Part shown: positions 59,026-64,000 of the stretch, one piece after another
Layout: every line of letters starts with the position of its first letter
Numbering within the stretch: position 1 is the first letter of the stretch
Assembly: GCA_902496845.1 (NCBI GenBank)
Contig: CABVCJ010000001.1
Span: 12,129 to 76,128, forward strand
Direction: 5' to 3'
DNA from: an uncultured Collinsella sp.
GTDB taxonomy: Bacteria > Actinomycetota > Coriobacteriia > Coriobacteriales > Coriobacteriaceae
DNA: 64,000 nt
Position numbers and translations under genes: made by a program
The notes under the pieces: model-generated
The model's input: only the letters and a program-made list of their open reading frames with translations
Told to the model about the DNA's origin: nothing
The model's database searches: none

Positions 59026-60804
59026 ATGGACGAGAAAACCAAAGCACAGATTCAGCAGGAGGCCGCCGACCTGGTTGCCAAGCTGCAGCCGCGTTCTGGC
59101 AAGTTCCGCACCATCAGCCCCGAGATGGACCCGCTGCGCCTGGGCTCTGGCTGGAGCATCGAAGACCTGGACAAGCCGCAGGTCATCATCGAGTCGACCT
59201 TTGGCGATTCGCACCCGGGTTCTGCCGGCCTGCTCGAGCTGGTCGAGGAGGTGCGCGCTGGCGTTGCCGAGGCTGGTGGCCACGGTGCCCGTTACTTCTG
59301 CACCGACATTTGCGACGGTGAGGCCCAGGGCCACGACGGCATCAACTACTCGCTGCCCAGCCGCGACATGATCGCCAACATGATCGAGATCCACGCCAAG
59401 GCCACCCCGTTCGATGCCGGTGTCTTCGTTGCCAGCTGCGATAAGGGCCTGCCCGCGAACCTCATGGCCATGGGCCGCATCAACATCCCCTCGATCGTCG
59501 TCACCGGCGGCGTCATGGATGCAGGCCCTGACCTGCTGACCCTGGAGCAGCTCGGCGCCATCTCGGCCCGCTATGAGCGCGGCGAGATTTCCCGCGAGGA
59601 GCTCGAGTTTGCCAAGCACAACGCATGCCCCAGCTGCGGCGCCTGCTCCTTTATGGGTACCGCCTCGACCATGCAGGTTACCGCCGAGGCCCTGGGCCTT
59701 ATGCTCCCCGGCACGGCTCTGCTGCCCGCAACCAGCTCCGATCTGCGTGAGTTTGCGCGCGAGGCTGGCCGTCAGTCCGTGTGGCTCTCCGAGCACAACC
59801 TGTGCCCCCGCGACATCGTGACCAAGGAGTCCTTCGAGAATCTCATCATGGTCCACGGCGCCATCTCCGGTTCCACCAACTCGCTGCTGCACATTCCCGC
59901 GATCGCCCGCGAGTTTGGCATCGAGATGTCCGCCGACGATTTCGATCGCCTGCACCGTGGCGCCCACTATCTGCTCAACGTTCGCCCCGCAGGCGAGTGG
60001 CCGGCGCAGTTCTTCTACTATGCGGGCGGCGTGCCGCGCATCATGGAGGAGATCAAGTCGATGCTCCACCTCGACGTTATGACCGTCACCGGCAAGACTC
60101 TCGGCGAAAACCTCGAGGACCTTAAGAACAATGGCTACTACGAGAAGTGTGGCCGCTACTTGGAGAAGTGGAACCTTAGGCGCGAGGACATCATTCGCCC
60201 GTTTGACCAGGCTTTTGGTACCGACGGCTCCATCGCCATCCTCCACGGCAATCTTGCTCCCGAGGGCGCGGTCGTCAAGCACACCGTCGTTCCGCGCGAG
60301 ATGTTCCAGGCTACGCTCAAAGCCCGTCCGTTCGACTGCGAGGAGGACGCCATTCACGCCGTCCTGACGCACGAGGTCAAGCCCGGCGATGCCGTTATCA
60401 TTCGCTATGAGGGACCCAAGGGTTCCGGTATGCCCGAGATGTTCTACACCACCGAAGCTATCGCCAGCGACCCCGAGCTGGGCGCGAGCATTGCCCTGAT
60501 CACTGACGGCCGCTTCTCCGGCGCCTCCAAGGGCCCGGCTATCGGTCACGTTTCGCCCGAGGCCGCTGTGGGCGGTCCGATTGCCCTGATTGAGGAGGGC
60601 GACCTTATCCGAATCAACATCCCCGAGCGCTCGCTGTCCATCGTGGGCATCGCCGGTAAGGAGATGGAGCCGGCCGAGGTCGACGCCGTCCTGGCCGAGC
60701 GCCGAGCCGCTTGGAAGCCCAAGGCTAATCGCTATACCTCCGGCACGCTCAAGTTCTTTACCGAGCATGCAGTTTCCGCCATTCAAGGGGGCTACATGGA
60801 GTAG
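59026..60804 (+). CDS. IlvD/EDD family dehydratase, likely sugar-acid dehydratase
   Basis: DICDG, SCDK, CSFMGTASTM, GSTN, GNLAPEG, YEGPKGSGMPEM, ITDGRFSG, GHVSPEAA. Confidence 0.9.
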   Translation: MDEKTKAQIQQEAADLVAKLQPRSGKFRTISPEMDPLRLGSGWSIEDLDKPQVIIESTFGDSHPGSAGLLELVEEVRAGVAEAGGHGARYFCTDICDGEAQGHDGINYSLPSRDMIANMIEIHAKATPFDAGVFVASCDKGLPANLMAMGRINIPSIVVTGGVMDAGPDLLTLEQLGAISARYERGEISREELEFAKHNACPSCGACSFMGTASTMQVTAEALGLMLPGTALLPATSSDLREFAREAGRQSVWLSEHNLCPRDIVTKESFENLIMVHGAISGSTNSLLHIPAIAREFGIEMSADDFDRLHRGAHYLLNVRPAGEWPAQFFYYAGGVPRIMEEIKSMLHLDVMTVTGKTLGENLEDLKNNGYYEKCGRYLEKWNLRREDIIRPFDQAFGTDGSIAILHGNLAPEGAVVKHTVVPREMFQATLKARPFDCEEDAIHAVLTHEVKPGDAVIIRYEGPKGSGMPEMFYTTEAIASDPELGASIALITDGRFSGASKGPAIGHVSPEAAVGGPIALIEEGDLIRINIPERSLSIVGIAGKEMEPAEVDAVLAERRAAWKPKANRYTSGTLKFFTEHAVSAIQGGYME

Positions 60805-60848
60805 CGCCCATGCGCATCAAATATCTCCTCTCATAGATGAGCGGCACG

Positions 60849-60884
60849 AAAAGCTCCGAGCTTGCACGAGCTCGGAGCTTTTTT
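60849..60884. terminator. Bidirectional intrinsic terminator
   Basis: AAAAGCTCCGAGCT...AGCTCGGAGCTTTTTT. Confidence 0.8.
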
Positions 60885-60909
60885 CGTCTGGATTGGGGAC
60901 GCATAGCCG

Positions 60910-61033
60910 GACGTAAACAATTTGCGTCTGGTAATAAGCGTACGAAAGCGCAATTTACGTCTTAATTTCGGACGCAAATCAAGACGAAAACCGTTTACGT
61001 CTGCTTTAAATCCGTACGAAAACGGTTTTCGTC
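60910..61033. repeat. Cluster of four ~19-21-bp imperfect palindromes (G/T)ACG-AAA...TTT-CGTC
   Basis: Units end at 60928, 60961, 61001 and 61033. Confidence 0.6.
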
Positions 61034-61053
61034 TTGCAGGGCAGTTGTCGTTT

Positions 61054-62144
61054 CTACAGTTCAGCTTCCAGTTCGGCTTTGTGCTCGTAGAGGTAGTCGC
61101 GCATGTAGGGGATGGCAAATGAGACCTTGCCGTACGAAGGAGCCTCGATAATCGATTCTCTTAACAGGCGGCTGCGGACGGAGCTCACCTGTTGAGGCGT
61201 TTTGTTTAGGGCGTCGGCAACCATGCTGGTCGAGCTCGTCTGCCCCAAAGACGCCATGCTCAGCAGATAAGCGATGCACGTGGGCGGAATGCGCTGCAGC
61301 GCGGGCTCAATCACCATGCCGCAGAAGCGTTCGCGTGCCGTTGCAATGCCACGCTCGGCTTCTTCTTCTCCAATAATCGCTGTATGTGCGCGTCTTGCCA
61401 ACTGCCATGCGTAGTATCCAACGAGTTGGATCATGAAAGGATAGCCTTGCGTTGCCTCGGCAAGTTGGCCGGCAATACCTGGCTGCAACTCCATGCCAGA
61501 CGCTTCAATGGTTTCCTCGAGGGAGTACGACACTTCGGTTACTGCCACAGCCTTCAGGTCAAAGGGGAGGGCACGGCGCAAAAACGTAAGTGTCTTTCCG
61601 TTGATGATGCTTTCAATCATCGAAGGCAGCCCAGCAAAAACAAAGGCGATATCAAGGTCTTCGCCGATAACCTGCTGAATCGCAATGGAGAGCGTTCGGA
61701 CCTCATCGAGCTCTGCGTCTTGAACCTCGTCGAGAGTGATGAGCAGGCCATTTCCATTCTTGGATATTGTCTGTCTCATGGCGTCGCGTAGCGATGGGCC
61801 GATTCGCTCAATGTCTATGCTGCCGATGGATATGCCAGCTACGGTGGGCTCAAACCTGGCGTGTTTGGCCTGGAATTTGGGCTGCAGCTGTTCGAGAATG
61901 CGCTGGCAAAGTCCCTCGGTTGCGACCTCTTTTATGACCGTCCAGCCACGGCTTTGCGCCAAACGTGAGCACTCGTCAAGGAGGACCGTCTTGCCCGTTC
62001 CACGGATGCCGGCTATGCGCATTAGGCGCCCAGGGGCACCAGGCCCGTTGACGAGGCCTTCACTGAATTCTTCGAGCACATCTTCGCGGCCGATAATCGT
62101 GGAGGTGTTTTACCTGCTGTGGGCTTAAAAGGGTTTGTTTGCAT
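61054..62144 (-). pseudogene. AAA (AAA_16-like) ATPase with probable C-terminal winged helix; 1-bp frameshift near codon 15
   Basis: MQTNPFKPTAGKTPP then shifted TIIGREDVLEEF; Walker A GIRGTGKT, Walker B ITLDEVQ, TQGYPFMIQ. Confidence 0.82.
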
Positions 62145-62160
62145 GTGAGCCACCTTTGCT

Positions 62161-62220
62161 CAAGATATAGCAAGATATAGCAAGATATAGCAAAGTATAG
62201 TGAGATATAGCAACGTATAG
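62161..62220. repeat. Tandem 10-bp repeat x6 (CAAGATATAG)
   Basis: Three perfect units plus CAAAGTATAG, TGAGATATAG, CAACGTATAG. Confidence 0.9.
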
Positions 62221-62247
62221 CGCTGTTTGCGGGTTCTTACGGTGGTG

Positions 62248-62928
62248 CTATTTCCCGAATGCCGCGCGGATAAAGCGCTGGGCGAACAGCTTGTTGGCGA
62301 CGTTGATGACATGGCCCAGGAACAGTGCCGAGATGGCGGTCGTGACGCCAAAGCCGCCCAGGTTGTACATAAAGATCAGCGACAACGCGAGCGAGGCGGC
62401 GACATGTGAGCAATCAAACACGACTTTTACGTCACCAAAGCGGCGTTTAAGCTTTTCGGCAATGACTTGCACCAAGCCGTCGGGCGCGTTGGGGACAACG
62501 CCCATGTTGACGACGAGACTTACGCCAAATGCGGTGACAGCGAGGGAGAGCAGCATGGTCGCAATCTGTGTGGGGAGTGCCGTGGGATGCAGTGGGTTGA
62601 CCGCCATGAAGAGGTCGGTCAAGCCGCCAATCAGCGTTGAGAAGAACAACTCGAGCAGGATGCGCGGCTGGAACTCGCTTCGCAAGATGGCTAATTGCGC
62701 CACGATGTAGGCGACGTAGGTTGCGGTGATCCAAAAGCCGAGCGTCTTGCCAGTGAGCATGGATAGGGTTGTGGCAAAGCACGTGAGCGCGGCGACGCCC
62801 AGGCCGGATGCCGTCTGGAGACTCATACCGAGTGCCAGTACTGCAACGCCCACCAGATACATCAGCATTCTGATGACGGTATGGCACCAGTCGATGTTCT
62901 CGCCATGCATGATGATGAGCGGTCGCAT
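62248..62928 (-). CDS. YczE/YyaS/YitT-like membrane protein
   Basis: YLVGVAVLALG, SGLG, PNAPDGL, FGDVKVVFD, GVTTAISALFLG; RBS AAAGGA. Confidence 0.82.
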   Translation of the reverse strand: MRPLIIMHGENIDWCHTVIRMLMYLVGVAVLALGMSLQTASGLGVAALTCFATTLSMLTGKTLGFWITATYVAYIVAQLAILRSEFQPRILLELFFSTLIGGLTDLFMAVNPLHPTALPTQIATMLLSLAVTAFGVSLVVNMGVVPNAPDGLVQVIAEKLKRRFGDVKVVFDCSHVAASLALSLIFMYNLGGFGVTTAISALFLGHVINVANKLFAQRFIRAAFGK

Positions 62929-63238
62929 GTTGCTACCCGTCCTTTCGGTTGTGTGAAAAAGCTGACCCGGGCCGGCAAAAGAGGGTTATCGGAGGCACTG
63001 CTGCAAAAGCAGAAAAGCCGGCCCCACGGTCAGTCGTCTAGGAAGTGTCTCGCTGTGCCGGAATGGGACTAAAGGTCCAACGAGACGGGAAGAAAGCAAA
63101 TGGCATTGCGTGGGCGATAAGATGCCAAGATGGTAGGGTGCGTCTTAGCATCCTATTGCCCACGCTCAACGAAATCGGTTTCGTTTGAGCCTAAGTATAC
63201 GCACGGGATTTTATTTGCGAAGAGAAAAACAATAAAAA

Positions 63239-63252
63239 GGTGAACGTTCACC
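63239..63252. promoter_or_regulatory. Operator GGTGAACGTTCACC upstream of the HIT gene
   Basis: Perfect copy of the uxaC operator. Confidence 0.85.
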
Positions 63253-63285
63253 TAATCGCAACAACTCGTTGGCTGTATCATGGCG

Positions 63286-63319
63286 GTAGTCGATACGAAA
63301 CCGATTTCGTATCGACTAC
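63286..63319. promoter_or_regulatory. 34-bp near-perfect palindrome with core ACGAAACCGATTTCGT (second operator type)
   Basis: Same 16-mer occurs inverted at 63169-63184. Confidence 0.6.
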
Positions 63320-63416
63320 GCATGCGTTGTATCTGTCCATTATCTGGTGGTGTAAACGAGGGGTTACACCTGCCGCAAAAGCGGCATTCATCATTGTCCA
63401 GATCGAAAGGATCACC

Positions 63417-63851
63417 ATGGAACAGCATACCGATTGCTCGTACTGCATGTGCGGGACCGACAACACGCTCGTCGATGCCTTTGGCATCCCCATGCTTGAC
63501 CTGCCTGCCAGCAAGCTCATCTTGTTTAAGGAGCAGAGTCATAAGGGCCGCGTAATCGTGGCCTCCAAGCAGCACGTCGATGACATCTCCTGCATGTCCG
63601 AGGAAGACGCCGCCGCCTTTATGGCCGATGTCCGCCACGTCGCGGCAGCGCTGCACAAGGCGTTCAATCCCGACAAGATTAACTTTGGTGCCTACGGCGA
63701 CACCATGCATCACCTGCACGTGCATATCGTCCCCAAGTACAAGTACGACCCGTTTGAGTTTGGCGACGTGTTTGCCATGAACCCCGGTCGCGTCACGCTC
63801 GAGTCGGCTCAGTACGACGAGATCGCCCAGGCAATTGTCGCCAACCTGTAA
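63417..63851 (+). CDS. HIT family nucleotide hydrolase
   Basis: CSYC, FNPDKINFG, HHLHVHIVPKY histidine triad; RBS AAAGGA. Confidence 0.92.
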   Translation: MEQHTDCSYCMCGTDNTLVDAFGIPMLDLPASKLILFKEQSHKGRVIVASKQHVDDISCMSEEDAAAFMADVRHVAAALHKAFNPDKINFGAYGDTMHHLHVHIVPKYKYDPFEFGDVFAMNPGRVTLESAQYDEIAQAIVANL

Positions 63852-63917
63852 GCGAGTAAAAGCTGCTATTTCGAATAGAAGCACTTGGCTTCATTGCCAG
63901 TTAAAAGGAGCTTATCT

Positions 63918-64000
63918 ATGAATGCAGGAGTTGTTTCACTCCTTTGGGTGCTGGTGGGCGTAGTCCTGCTGGTCGCCATGATCGTTAAGTTTAAAATCAA
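63918..64000 (+). CDS. Probable GntP family permease, 5' end (truncated by window edge)
   Basis: RBS AAGGAG; MNAGVVSLLWVLVGVVLLVAMIVKFKI resembles the GntP first TM. Confidence 0.55.
   Translation, partial: MNAGVVSLLWVLVGVVLLVAMIVKFKI

Noticed and set aside
60910..61033. Possible mini-CRISPR array
   Set aside because: Repeats are not identical, gaps are only about 12-21 bp, and there is no leader or cas gene.

Overview
A GC-rich window from a human-gut actinobacterium, most likely Coriobacteriia (Collinsella-like; inferred from gene content and codon style). From left to right it holds: the 3' end of a sensor kinase; a stand-alone cpsC-cpsD-cpsB tyrosine-phosphorylation trio; a GNAT; htpG; two tandem YhgE/Pip proteins; a DMT transporter; an M20 amidohydrolase; an internally deleted MFS; hisS; ppc; a partly broken lactate-racemase (lar) cluster; serB; aspS; a LacI-ebgA-ebgC-APC permease cluster; an HPr with a natural Asp46; and feoA-feoA-feoB. 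From about 38 kb to the end lies a pectin-oligosaccharide/hexuronate locus: LacI, uxaC-uxaB-uxaA, a GPH transporter with a nonsense codon, GH28, a CE8 plus alpha/beta-hydrolase fusion, SGNH, GH105, a DhuI-like/DhuD-like pair, an IlvD/EDD dehydratase, HIT and GntP. About nine copies of the operator GGTGAACGTTCACC tie it together. Intergenic DNA is rich in palindromic REP/MITE-like repeats. The most unusual signal is a ~125-bp four-way-junction repeat with compensatory base changes that brackets larA-larD. Immediately 3' of it the + strand is strongly shifted toward G/T, including 60 of 60 degenerate codons at the end of a TetR gene, which suggests element-directed, strand-specific local mutagenesis. 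No rRNA, tRNA, CRISPR array, transposase or prophage gene was seen. All family calls come from motif recognition; no database search was run.
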